Assembly (NCBI GenBank): GCA_029838215.1
Contig: JALGVI010000029.1
Span: 1 to 33,652 of the forward strand
DNA: 33,652 nt
Reading direction: 5' to 3'
From: Candidatus Helarchaeota archaeon
Lineage (GTDB): Archaea > Asgardarchaeota > Lokiarchaeia > Helarchaeales > RDOG01
The notes under the pieces were generated by a model, which saw only the letters and a program-made list of their open reading frames with translations, ran no database searches and was not told the DNA's origin. The position numbers and the translations under genes were made by a program. This document shows positions 16,179 to 25,554 of this stretch, piece after piece; within the stretch, counting starts at the first letter, position 1; each line of letters starts with the position of its first letter.

Positions 16179-18056
16179 TTGACTTTCAAGTCACCTTACT
16201 ACAGTAATCATTACTACCAAATCGGAATATTTAAAAATATAGGTGCCCTACTCGCGACTGTTTTCTTAAAGCTCCTGCTTTATTACGAGGTGGTAAAAAT
16301 CGTATCAAAAAAAGTAAAACTCTTGCTATTACTAATTTTTCTGGGTCTAACGCTAACTGGCGTTATCGGTTTAAATTTTTTTCCTGCGAACATCTTAAGA
16401 ACGACACACTACGTTGTTAGAAATGACGGACAGGCAATAGTCTCTTATAATCTATACCAACCGATCGGAATTACTGAGCCTAGACCGGTAATCGTGATGG
16501 GGCACGGCATTATCGTAAGTAAAGAGATGATGACATCTTTTGCGATAGAATTAGCATGGAGAGGGTACATCGTCGTAAATTTGGACTGGTGCGGTCATGG
16601 TCAAACCATTGGAAGCTTAACCGTCTCGGGTCTGGTGAGTGATTTAGAATCAGTTCTTGCCGATATTCCAAATACTGCTCCCATGGCAAACATGTCTGAA
16701 ATCGCCCTTATTGGATATTCCATGGGTGGAATTGCAACTTATGACATTGCAGCTAATAATTCAAATATAAAGGCGTGGGTCGGCGTGGGAACCGCACCAA
16801 ATGATTTTATATCAAACACGAGCAATCCGAAAAATGTTTTGTTGATAATTGGATTGTATGATCAAGTCTTCAGCCCTCTTGAAGTCATACGGCAATCAAT
16901 GGTAAATTTGACGGGAACTCCGGGCGTCGCAGACTTTCAATACGAAGTGTTATATGGCAATATTGCTGATGGAACCGCAAGGCGATTTCACGTCGTCCCT
17001 ACGTCTGAACATCTAATGGTGCCTTGGCATCGAGACTTCATTTCAACGACCACGGATTGGATCGTCCAAACGTTCGACGGCGTGAAGCCAAGTCTCACGA
17101 TTACTGCATATGATGTCAGGTTTGCTTTTCTCATCATCGGTGTTTCTGGATTTACGGGTTTGGCTTTCGTTTCTGCATTACTTCTTGCAGATAAGTTCCG
17201 CATTAGAAAAGAAGAATCTCAAAGATCACAGGAAGAGTGTCTGATTTTAAGGGTGGAAGACATCGAAGCCACGTCTGCGCGATCCTTTATCCTGAAATAC
17301 TACGTGCATGCTTTTCTCTTGATACCTACGATTCTGGTTTTCGCCGTTCTCTTCTTAGTTCCATTACTGTTCTCCGCGTTACTAGGTGCACTTTTTGGTT
17401 GCTTGGGAATAAATATTCTAATATTTTGCTGGCGATTGACAAAAAAGTCAAATCGATCCATCAAGTCGATATTCAAGGAAAATTTGTTCCAAGAACCAAA
17501 AATATGGCTGTATTCCGTGATTCTCACTTCAATATTTTTCTTCGGTTATTATTCCACTATCGGACTTAATTATCTTGGATTTGTCTCATCGCTGCAAAGA
17601 ATTCCATTCGTCATTCTATATTGCTTCTTGGCTTTCGTGCTATTCTTCATCATTTTCGTTTTCCTTCAGAAAGCCCTGGTGCCGTTATTGGATGAAAAAC
17701 TAAAAATCAAGAATACTTCGGTTAAATACATTGCGACATCCTTGATCAACTTTTTGCTGATATATTCGTGGTTCCTTCCTGTAGTTCTCATTCCCTGCAT
17801 TATAATGAACGATTATTTCGTTGCATTGATCTTAGTTTTTCTATTCCCCATCATTTTATCTTTGGCTTTCTTCAGCACATATATCGAAAAATTAACCGGT
17901 TCCGTGATACCCTCTGTACTGATTTCAGCTTTGGTCTTGGGTTTTCTAATGACTGCAATGTCGCCTCTCATCATCGACCCACTTGGAACTTTAGTAGATG
18001 CTCTTGCTTGGGCAGAGTCAAGAGGTCTGATCAACTTCGCCTTCCTAATATTTTAA
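16179..18056 (+). CDS. Membrane-bound alpha/beta hydrolase (N-terminal anchor, hydrolase domain, multi-pass C-terminal domain); start probably near GTG 16290
   Basis: VMGHG oxyanion region, GYSMGG nucleophile, GLYDQ (Asp), SEHL (His); many hydrophobic segments after about residue 310. Confidence 0.8.
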   Translation: MTFKSPYYSNHYYQIGIFKNIGALLATVFLKLLLYYEVVKIVSKKVKLLLLLIFLGLTLTGVIGLNFFPANILRTTHYVVRNDGQAIVSYNLYQPIGITEPRPVIVMGHGIIVSKEMMTSFAIELAWRGYIVVNLDWCGHGQTIGSLTVSGLVSDLESVLADIPNTAPMANMSEIALIGYSMGGIATYDIAANNSNIKAWVGVGTAPNDFISNTSNPKNVLLIIGLYDQVFSPLEVIRQSMVNLTGTPGVADFQYEVLYGNIADGTARRFHVVPTSEHLMVPWHRDFISTTTDWIVQTFDGVKPSLTITAYDVRFAFLIIGVSGFTGLAFVSALLLADKFRIRKEESQRSQEECLILRVEDIEATSARSFILKYYVHAFLLIPTILVFAVLFLVPLLFSALLGALFGCLGINILIFCWRLTKKSNRSIKSIFKENLFQEPKIWLYSVILTSIFFFGYYSTIGLNYLGFVSSLQRIPFVILYCFLAFVLFFIIFVFLQKALVPLLDEKLKIKNTSVKYIATSLINFLLIYSWFLPVVLIPCIIMNDYFVALILVFLFPIILSLAFFSTYIEKLTGSVIPSVLISALVLGFLMTAMSPLIIDPLGTLVDALAWAESRGLINFAFLIF

Positions 18057-18286
18057 ACAAGTTAGAATCGAATGAATTTCAAGTGGTTTAATATATCTGT
18101 GCCAAGAAATATGAAAATAAACTGGGCATGCGCAATAAACCATTTGATTCTCCTTTTTTTTTAAAATTGAACGTGTTTTTCGGATGAATTTTTTCTTGAT
18201 TTGTTTCTCCCGAAGTCATCATGAGCGAATTCGTAAATTGCTCTCATGTATGTTTTTTATGTTATCATTGATTACATCCAAAAAAT

Positions 18287-19318
18287 ATGCTCAATTTTAA
18301 TACCGATAATGAAACTCACATATTCTATAATAATAAGGAATGTATATGTCAATCTGGGGGTTGGTCGATGATAACCAATGAAATACAGAATGAAATTTCT
18401 CAACTGTTCCTGAAATATGAACATTCAAGATACAATTTCGAGGATCTCAAGCTCATTTATGAACGACTTTCGGGAATTCCCGAATTGAATAAATTTTTCT
18501 TTTACGACCTTTTCAAAATGGCACTAGATCTTTTCATTTCTGGTCAGCAAGCTCAAGCAATGAAAATGATCCTGCAAATTGTTTCAATTGCACACGTGCC
18601 TGAAGAAGAGAAAAAATTACTGAAGCAAGAAATAATCACGACATTTTGCGGAGTTGAGCAAATGCACGAAAAAGAATTGACTGATTTTGAAGATCTAATT
18701 AAAGAACAGCATTTTTACTTTGAAGATGAGGAAAAACCTCTTGAATTGATGGAAAAGAGAGAGAATGAGATCGTGTCTGAGATGCTACAAAGAGCGAATA
18801 ATTATCAAATGATTTCATTTTCTAGAGAAACCGAAGGGATACTCGGTCCCAGTCCTATTAAGAAAATTGCCTTCGTGACATGCATGGATTGCCGAGTGGA
18901 CCTCGAAAGAATCTTTAATCTAAAACCAGGTGAGGCAATCATAATTCGCAATGCAGGAAATATCACGAACCTGGGAACTCTACGTTCGCTACTCTTGGCT
19001 GTTTATGAACTTAACGTGGAAATCATTTTCATCATTGGGCATTCTGATTGCGGAGCCAAGGCGACTGAAAAGGATTTAACTAATCTTCTTGAAAAAATGG
19101 CAAAAAAATTGAATTTGAAAACTGAAGAAGTCCTGTCATTGCTTTACATTGATAATCTAAAAGAATTCAAGTACATGCTTAATCCGATACAGGACGAAAA
19201 ATCCAACGTAAAAAAAGGCGTGAAATATTTACGCGATAAAGGGATATTCCCTGACAATATAATCATCAAAGGTTTTCTCTATGATGTAAAAACAGGGAGG
19301 CTCGAGGAAGTGCGTTAA
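18287..19318 (+). CDS. Beta-class carbonic anhydrase (clade D/Cab-like) with long N-terminal helical extension; ATG 18368 is a likely start
   Basis: TCMDCR, IRNAGN, GHSDCG zinc ligands, GFLYDVKTGRL. Confidence 0.88.
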   Translation: MLNFNTDNETHIFYNNKECICQSGGWSMITNEIQNEISQLFLKYEHSRYNFEDLKLIYERLSGIPELNKFFFYDLFKMALDLFISGQQAQAMKMILQIVSIAHVPEEEKKLLKQEIITTFCGVEQMHEKELTDFEDLIKEQHFYFEDEEKPLELMEKRENEIVSEMLQRANNYQMISFSRETEGILGPSPIKKIAFVTCMDCRVDLERIFNLKPGEAIIIRNAGNITNLGTLRSLLLAVYELNVEIIFIIGHSDCGAKATEKDLTNLLEKMAKKLNLKTEEVLSLLYIDNLKEFKYMLNPIQDEKSNVKKGVKYLRDKGIFPDNIIIKGFLYDVKTGRLEEVR

Positions 19319-19321
19319 GCC

Positions 19322-20101
19322 ATGTTCACGCCTTTAGATTTAATAATGGGAGGAATATCTCTCGGAATTTTATTCTTTGGAATCTTCATGGTATTTGGTA
19401 CTTATATAATTAGCCAATTACTAGAACACGGAGATGTTGCAACAAGCTCTGAAACTGATCATGATTTCGATCATGACCTCGATCACGACGTGGACCACGA
19501 TTTTGATCACGGGCTCGATCACGACGTGGACCACGATTTTGATCACGGGCTCGATCACGACGTGGACCACGATTTCGACCACGGGCTCGATCACGACATG
19601 GATCATCACTTAAGTGATGGTAGCGTGAGCCACGACTGTTCCGACCCAATTAATGTGACTGACGTAGACTTAGATTCAAGTCCGCACACGTTTGAGTTTT
19701 CAAAGACACCTCTTGGAGCACTTTTGGGAACCATTCTCCTCTCCTATGGCGGAATTGGAATCTTGATGTATTTTTTCCTTCCAACCATTCCAATTTTTTT
19801 CAGGATTTTAACTCACGTGCTAATTGTCATTGCAATAACATGGATTTTTTCAAGATTATTCAAGAAACTATTCCTCGAAACGGGCACGTTCATAACCCTG
19901 AGATCCTTGATAGGAACTCAAGTCACTGCAACAACGGATATCGTGCATGATTTTGGCGAGATCCGCGTCCGAACCATTGCGGGCTTTAAGAGATATCCTG
20001 CTCGACCGTATTTCAAGGAAAAGAAATTCCCCAAGGGTGAGTTATTGTATATTGTAAATGAATTTAATGGATTTGCACTTGTAAATGATGAATATAGATA
20101 A
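19322..20101 (+). CDS. NfeD-like (YuaF/YqiJ-type) membrane protein with His/Asp-rich repeat
   Basis: N-terminal TM, DH repeat, two further TMs (GGIG), C-terminal OB-fold-like LIGTQVTA..FGEIRV; directly upstream of an SPFH gene. Confidence 0.8.
   Translation: MFTPLDLIMGGISLGILFFGIFMVFGTYIISQLLEHGDVATSSETDHDFDHDLDHDVDHDFDHGLDHDVDHDFDHGLDHDVDHDFDHGLDHDMDHHLSDGSVSHDCSDPINVTDVDLDSSPHTFEFSKTPLGALLGTILLSYGGIGILMYFFLPTIPIFFRILTHVLIVIAITWIFSRLFKKLFLETGTFITLRSLIGTQVTATTDIVHDFGEIRVRTIAGFKRYPARPYFKEKKFPKGELLYIVNEFNGFALVNDEYR
19457..19612 (+). repeat. In-frame coding tandem repeat: 13 x 12-nt units (DH[D/G/H]x), containing three 36-nt units
   Basis: CTCGATCACGACGTGGACCACGATTTTGATCACGGG at 19478 and 19514 (identical) and 19550 (two synonymous changes). 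Confidence 0.95.
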
Positions 20102-20119
20102 AAAAAGGAGGTTTTAAAA

Positions 20120-21454
20120 ATGATAGTAAATTTTGCGCTGATTGGGGTTGGTGCAGGCCTTGCATTCCTCATCGGAATGCTCGTTTTAGCCATTTTAATT
20201 TTCGTGAAGAAATATATCGCCATCTACCCCCCAATGGTCTTCTTCGTCCATTTACGACGCGGAAAACCAATTGCACAAGGCGAAGGCGGAATGGTCATCC
20301 GCGTTCCTTTCTTTGATAAGGTTTTGACCATTGATAAAACTGTCCAGCAACTTAACATCGATTCGGAAGAAGTGCTTTCGAAAGAGAAACAAAAGATTTC
20401 ACTGCGAACAGTGGTTCAATGGCAAGCCATTGATGCAATTTCGACCATAAATAACGTAAAATGGCACGAAATTCCAAAGCTCATTCGAGCAATAATTGAG
20501 TCCGTCATTCGGACGACGTGTGCCCAGCTACGAGTTGAAGAAATACTTGAAGAACGGCAGAAAATTATAGATGCCATCAAGAAAGAGCTTCTAGAAATCA
20601 CAAAGGATTGGGGCGTCGCCATAATAACCGTCGAAATACCTGATGTCGATGTTATAAATGCGGAATTTCTGAAGGACATGTCCCGTCCTCGAGAAGCTGA
20701 AATGAAAAGAAAGGCCGAGTTAGCCGAGATCGAACGTGATCAAATAACACAAGTCAAGGAAGTTGAGCGACAACGAACCGTTAAACTACAACAAATTGCA
20801 ATGAGCAAGGAAACTGGAGTTAATGACCAAATAAAACTTAGAGACATTCAAGAAAATGAAAAAGAAAGGGAACTTTCAGTCCTCGAAATTGAAATGAAAA
20901 AACGAGTACTTCAAAAAGAATACGAAAAAAGACAAGCCGAAATTGAAGCCGAGAAAATCAAGAACATCAGGATGAAACAAGCGGAAGCCGAAAGATATCA
21001 AAAAATCACGGGGATCGCTGAAGCAGAAGCCGAAAAGATACGATTGGTTGCCGAAAGTGAAGCCGCGAAAATCCTGAAAATCGCAAAAGCAGAAGCAGAA
21101 GGAATGCGCCTGAAAATAAATGCACTGAATGAATATACTCCACAGGCATTAAAGGCCGAGTTGATTAAAATCCTACCAAAGATATATGAGAACATCTCAA
21201 TTGGGGATATAACGCTTTTTTCAACCGATGGGAACGGAAAAACTGATGGCGATGGTGGAAACTCGGCATATCAATTGTACGGACAGGTATTATTGCCAAC
21301 CGTTCTAATTTCAAAGATTCTGGGTCTAAACGGTGAAGACACTCTGACCACCATCTTGGGCAATAATGTCACTGAAGCAATGGGTGGAAATGGCGAAAAA
21401 AATAAAAGCGGACTCAAGAAACACGCAATTGTACCTGTACCTAAATCGTCATAA
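20120..21454 (+). CDS. SPFH/flotillin-like protein
   Basis: N-terminal TM, SPFH domain (RVPFFD, VLSKEK, IRTTCAQL, TVEIPDV), long coiled coil with AEA repeats, flotillin-type tail; ribosome site AGGAGGT. Confidence 0.9.
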   Translation: MIVNFALIGVGAGLAFLIGMLVLAILIFVKKYIAIYPPMVFFVHLRRGKPIAQGEGGMVIRVPFFDKVLTIDKTVQQLNIDSEEVLSKEKQKISLRTVVQWQAIDAISTINNVKWHEIPKLIRAIIESVIRTTCAQLRVEEILEERQKIIDAIKKELLEITKDWGVAIITVEIPDVDVINAEFLKDMSRPREAEMKRKAELAEIERDQITQVKEVERQRTVKLQQIAMSKETGVNDQIKLRDIQENEKERELSVLEIEMKKRVLQKEYEKRQAEIEAEKIKNIRMKQAEAERYQKITGIAEAEAEKIRLVAESEAAKILKIAKAEAEGMRLKINALNEYTPQALKAELIKILPKIYENISIGDITLFSTDGNGKTDGDGGNSAYQLYGQVLLPTVLISKILGLNGEDTLTTILGNNVTEAMGGNGEKNKSGLKKHAIVPVPKSS

Positions 21455-21468
21455 ATCACCAAACTATC

Positions 21469-21476
21469 TTTTTTTT
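21469..21476 (+). terminator. Oligo(T) terminator after the flotillin gene
   Basis: T8 run 14 nt after the stop. Confidence 0.55.
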
Positions 21477-21666
21477 AAGTTTTTAAGGCTTATTTAAGCA
21501 ATAGACTTCATTTAATGAACCAATTCTCATGAACTCACGATTTTTCGATGAGAATGAAATTTTTTTCTCTTATTTTAAAAACAACAGTTATCAACAATTT
21601 TTTAAAGATGAAAGAACAAGATTTTCAAAGAAAGATGGACGGATTTCAAGTTTAAAGGTGATGAAC

Positions 21667-22206
21667 ATGGGGAATGCAGCGAAGCACCACGTGCGAAAAA
21701 TCACGATCATTGGTGATTATGCCGTTGGAAAAACCAGCTTGCTCGCAAATTATATCGAGAAAAAATTCAGTTTCGATTATAAACCATCGATTGGTGTAAA
21801 TATCACCACGAAGGAATTTAAGCATCCAACTAAGAATGAATTCTGTGCAGTCAACTTCTGGGATATTGCGGGTCAGGAGTTATTTTCCAATCTTCGTGCT
21901 CAATTTTATGAAGGATCGGATGCTTGTGCAATAGTATTTGACTGCACGAGAAAGGAAACTTTCATGAACGCCAAGATCTGGTTTAGGAACCTACAAGTAT
22001 ACGATCAGGATTTAGGACTTGAGAAGATTATCTTAATAGGTAATAAGGCAGATCTTCAATCCGAAAGAGTCGTAACCATGGAAGAGATTCAGGCTTTATC
22101 AATGGAGTTGGGAATTATTTATGTTGAGACTTCTGCCCTAACCTGCCAAAACGTGAACTATGCATTCGAGAGCCTGATAAGACAAGTACTTCCTTGGGAA
22201 GCCTAA
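21667..22206 (+). CDS. Rab-like small GTPase (Ras superfamily), no C-terminal prenylation Cys
   Basis: G1 GDYAVGKT, G2 YKPSIG, G3 WDIAGQE, G4 NKAD, G5 ETSAL. AGGTG 6 nt before ATG 21667 favours this start over 21529. Confidence 0.93.
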   Translation: MGNAAKHHVRKITIIGDYAVGKTSLLANYIEKKFSFDYKPSIGVNITTKEFKHPTKNEFCAVNFWDIAGQELFSNLRAQFYEGSDACAIVFDCTRKETFMNAKIWFRNLQVYDQDLGLEKIILIGNKADLQSERVVTMEEIQALSMELGIIYVETSALTCQNVNYAFESLIRQVLPWEA

Positions 22207-22811
22207 CTAATTTTAAAAGGAAGCCCTTTCAATAGTTCTCCTTTTTTCCTAAAAAGAACACCCCGTTCTGAATCATCGATCTGAACTATCTGATCATTCT
22301 TGCTCAAGTCCCGTAGAATCATCCAAATTAACACGGTCGGAGGTGGCTGATCAAAGACTGATTTCATGGTTTCTTTTACCTCAGACACGGAAAGCGGTTT
22401 TGAACTTTTTTCTATTGTTTCGTGAACGAGCTTGATATAAGGAAGCTGGTCCAAGAACGAATTCAAATCTTCGAATTGAGTTAAATCTATGGCAACTCCT
22501 TCCTGTCCGATTAAATTGCCGTGTAGTGCAAAAAAACAATCTTTAAATAACTCTAGCAGATATTTTGCCTGCTCTTCATCATCATTCTCATCAATGAAAA
22601 CCGTGAAAGCAATTTTATGAATGATAGAAATTAAAATTCTATGATTGAACATGTTGATGCTCTTTATTGAACCGCCCAGTTCTTCTGCTAAATCTCCAAA
22701 AGCCGCAAGGAGACCGGAGATGATGACCGGATCTCTTTCTTGAAATCCGTAAGACCTTGAAATGAGCAGGTCGCCACCGTGTGTTCTAAAACATAGGAAA
22801 TACTTTAACAT
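22203..22811 (-). CDS. Longin-like domain protein with putative C-terminal winged helix
   Basis: YFLCFRTHGGDLL, DPVIISGLLAAFGDLAEELGGSIKSI, IAFTVF; C-terminal PLSVSEV...ILRDLSKNDQI; converges on the Rab gene with a 4-bp overlap. Confidence 0.65.
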   Translation of the reverse strand: MLKYFLCFRTHGGDLLISRSYGFQERDPVIISGLLAAFGDLAEELGGSIKSINMFNHRILISIIHKIAFTVFIDENDDEEQAKYLLELFKDCFFALHGNLIGQEGVAIDLTQFEDLNSFLDQLPYIKLVHETIEKSSKPLSVSEVKETMKSVFDQPPPTVLIWMILRDLSKNDQIVQIDDSERGVLFRKKGELLKGLPFKIS

Positions 22812-22966
22812 GGTTAATCCACTTTTTTTCTTGGAATTTACTTCGATCCCGTCTGTTTGATTTTGTTCTCAAGTCGTGAAGATAAAGAACAAGTTATAAG
22901 AATTTGTACAAGTAATGAAACAAAAATCATTCGATTTGAAATTTGACTTGATGATTTGGACCTGAA

Positions 22967-23521
22967 TTGAAGATGACAGAGAAGAGCGAGAAGAAATGTT
23001 ACGTTTATTATCAAATGATCCTTGATTTAGATACAATTGATCAAAGTCTACTACCTCGTTTGATCAAATGGTTGAAGGGAAGGGACAAAGTTCTCAAGAT
23101 ACGGGAGATACACGATGAAAGTTTGGATAAGGTCACTCATGTCGTCAATCGAGCCTTTTTAGATGCCCCAGACCCCTACGAGCGAGTGATGCCCGATGAT
23201 TTTAAGGAATTGGGAGAAGAATATGTCATTTTCATCGCGTCCATGTATGGCAAAGATGTCGGAGTTCTCGTCATCCTGCTTAACAAGATGCCCCACCTCG
23301 GTAAAAAAGCCGCTACAATATCGTTAATTGCAGTGATTCCAGAGCGAAAATTTCAAGGAATAAGCACCAGCATGGCAATCCATGCATACAAATGGCTCCG
23401 ATCTCATGACATTCGGTATGTAAAATGTCTTGTCGGTAAAGACAATGAACCCGCGTATCGTTTCATGACTCGTCTTGGATTTAAAAAATATGGCGAAAAA
23501 GAATTTACCATTGACGAATGA
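22967..23521 (+). CDS. GNAT family N-acetyltransferase
   Basis: ISLIAVIPERKFQGIS (motif A variant), NEPAYRFMTRLGFKKYG. Confidence 0.85.
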   Translation: MKMTEKSEKKCYVYYQMILDLDTIDQSLLPRLIKWLKGRDKVLKIREIHDESLDKVTHVVNRAFLDAPDPYERVMPDDFKELGEEYVIFIASMYGKDVGVLVILLNKMPHLGKKAATISLIAVIPERKFQGISTSMAIHAYKWLRSHDIRYVKCLVGKDNEPAYRFMTRLGFKKYGEKEFTIDE

Positions 23522-23555
23522 ATTGTTTTAATCAATTAAATAAAAAAAGAAAATG

Positions 23556-24335
23556 TTATTCTTCTTTTGGCACTTCATCAAATTCTAGTTTGAGCATTAT
23601 CCACACTATTATGACCGTGACATAGAATAGAATCATGCCTGATACCCAACTTTCGCCAGTACCCCCGAGTAATGTTAGAAGTACTGAAAAACCCAAGATC
23701 CCGATACCATAAGCAATCACCAACATCATCGCAAGCTTTCCAAAAAAACAAGATGTCATTGTTTTCTTCATGGAATAACCTGATAAGCCCAATGGCACGA
23801 GTAGAATTGAGTCTGGAAGTGGCGTGAGTGCAAATAAGAATATAATGAACGGGACGACAGCAGGACGGTTTTCCATCAAATTGCCCCACTTGTTAACCCT
23901 ATCAACCGTTTCTTCTGCCAATATTTCTCGTCCTCCCCGTCCAATGAAAAAATCAATAATTTCACCCGAAAAATTTCCAAGCGTTCCGATAAATGCTGCC
24001 ATCAACGGATATCCAAAAAATGCGATCGGCCACGGCAAGCCTGCATTTATCCCCCAAAGTGAGATAAAAGAAACTCCAAAGAAGTAAGGAACGGGAATTG
24101 GGATGAGGGCTCCGAGAAAACAGGAAATATAGATGATTAAAAAACCAATCGAACCCATGCTGGGATCGACCTGAGTCCATGTTTGTAAACTAAAGAAAAA
24201 ATCTACGAAAACACCAATTTGTTGATCAAAAACAATGAAAATGATAGTCATAACAACTAAGATGCTCAACGCTACTATTAATCCAACATCGACTTTCGTG
24301 AAGCGTCTATCAAAACGAATCATTAAGAAGTTCAC
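23556..24335 (-). CDS. DedA/VTT-domain membrane protein
   Basis: GALIPIPVP, GTLGNFSGEIIDFFIGRGGR, LFALTPLPD, GKLAM. Confidence 0.8.
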   Translation of the reverse strand: MNFLMIRFDRRFTKVDVGLIVALSILVVMTIIFIVFDQQIGVFVDFFFSLQTWTQVDPSMGSIGFLIIYISCFLGALIPIPVPYFFGVSFISLWGINAGLPWPIAFFGYPLMAAFIGTLGNFSGEIIDFFIGRGGREILAEETVDRVNKWGNLMENRPAVVPFIIFLFALTPLPDSILLVPLGLSGYSMKKTMTSCFFGKLAMMLVIAYGIGILGFSVLLTLLGGTGESWVSGMILFYVTVIIVWIMLKLEFDEVPKEE

Positions 24336-24486
24336 TTCCCAATAATTTAGTCAAGCCCTTGTAAAGTCTTTTATTTTTTTACTACAAATTATTGTAGATA
24401 AACATAATTTAGGTCAAATCTTAATAAGTTTAATGTGGTTTGTACTCTTCGAGAGGCATCAATTAAAGAGAGGTGCGTAACAAACA

Positions 24487-25410
24487 TTGGCAGTTGAGGA
24501 AATGGAATTGTCCAGGGACGTGATCGGGGATGAATTTGTTACGAAGTTAAAAGCGACAATTCTAGTGGACAACATGATCTATCGCCGTAATATGCTTGCA
24601 GAACACGGCTTTGCTATATTATTGAACGCACAGGTTGGAGATGATTCCCACAATACTTTTAATATTTTAATGGATACCGGGCAATCTGGGATTGCACTCA
24701 AGCAGAATCTCGAAAATTTGGATTTAGACTTGGATACTTTGGACGCAATCGTTCTCAGTCACGGACATTACGATCATACCGGAGGATTGAAAGTCGCAGA
24801 GACATTACTTAAAAGGAAAACCCCCGTGATTTGTCATCCTGATGCCTTGAAACCCAAATTTGCAAGATCACAGATGGGTGGTGTCCGACAGATAGGACTT
24901 CCGTTTAAAATTGAGGATTTTGTTGAAAAAAACCTTACATTCGTTGAAACGTTTGGTCCTCACTATTTCCATCCATCAATCTTAACAACAGGTGAAATTG
25001 AGCGAAATACCACCTTTGAAAAAGTTCCAAAGCGCTTCGAAACACGCTCTGAGAATGGAGATTTCGTTCACGATGAAATACTTGATGATCAAGCTCTAAT
25101 TTTTATCATGAAAGTTGGTTTAGTAATCATCACTGGTTGTGCCCATGCCGGAATCATAAATACTATAAATAAAGCCATTGCCTTGACTTCAATTCGGAAA
25201 ATACATGCCGTCATTGGAGGGTTTCACCTCATCGATGCCAACTTAACGAAAATCGGATCAACGATCAAGGAGCTAAAAAAATTCGATATTGATGTATTAT
25301 GCCCTCTTCACTGCACGGGACTCTTCCCAATTGAATCGATTATTTCGACATTTCCAAAGCATTATCGCGCTGGAGGTGTCGGGACGCAATTTGTTTTTGC
25401 CTCAAAATGA
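24487..25410 (+). CDS. MBL-fold metallo-hydrolase, COG1237-like
   Basis: AEHGFA, LMDTG, SHGHYDHTGG, DDQAL, GCAHAG, GGFHL, HCTG. Confidence 0.85.
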   Translation: MAVEEMELSRDVIGDEFVTKLKATILVDNMIYRRNMLAEHGFAILLNAQVGDDSHNTFNILMDTGQSGIALKQNLENLDLDLDTLDAIVLSHGHYDHTGGLKVAETLLKRKTPVICHPDALKPKFARSQMGGVRQIGLPFKIEDFVEKNLTFVETFGPHYFHPSILTTGEIERNTTFEKVPKRFETRSENGDFVHDEILDDQALIFIMKVGLVIITGCAHAGIINTINKAIALTSIRKIHAVIGGFHLIDANLTKIGSTIKELKKFDIDVLCPLHCTGLFPIESIISTFPKHYRAGGVGTQFVFASK

Positions 25411-25554
25411 ATTCTCATTCATGAGCGGCACGCATGTTTCAAAACATTTATAATGCATAAATTCCACGTTTTTCTAAATTTTAGTAATATTCCTCTTAAA
25501 TTATCATGCCTAGGAGTAATATCGCAGTTATAAATCACGATTGAAGGTGTTTTT

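Noticed and set aside
19478-19597. 36-nt direct repeats resembling a CRISPR repeat length
   Set aside because: The units are contiguous with no spacers, are in frame in a coding region, differ only at synonymous sites, and no cas genes are present.
19410-19649. Minus-strand ORFs 19410-19649 and 19421-19609 with repetitive peptides
   Set aside because: Stop-free shadows of the His/Asp repeat.
21529-21666. 46-aa N-terminal extension of the Rab-like GTPase
   Set aside because: The ribosome site AGGTG points to ATG 21667; the upstream stretch is promoter-like AT-rich DNA.
21667-21684. MGNAAK as an N-myristoylation signal
   Set aside because: Lys at position 6 fits the MGxxxS/T consensus poorly, and no N-myristoyltransferase is evident in the window.
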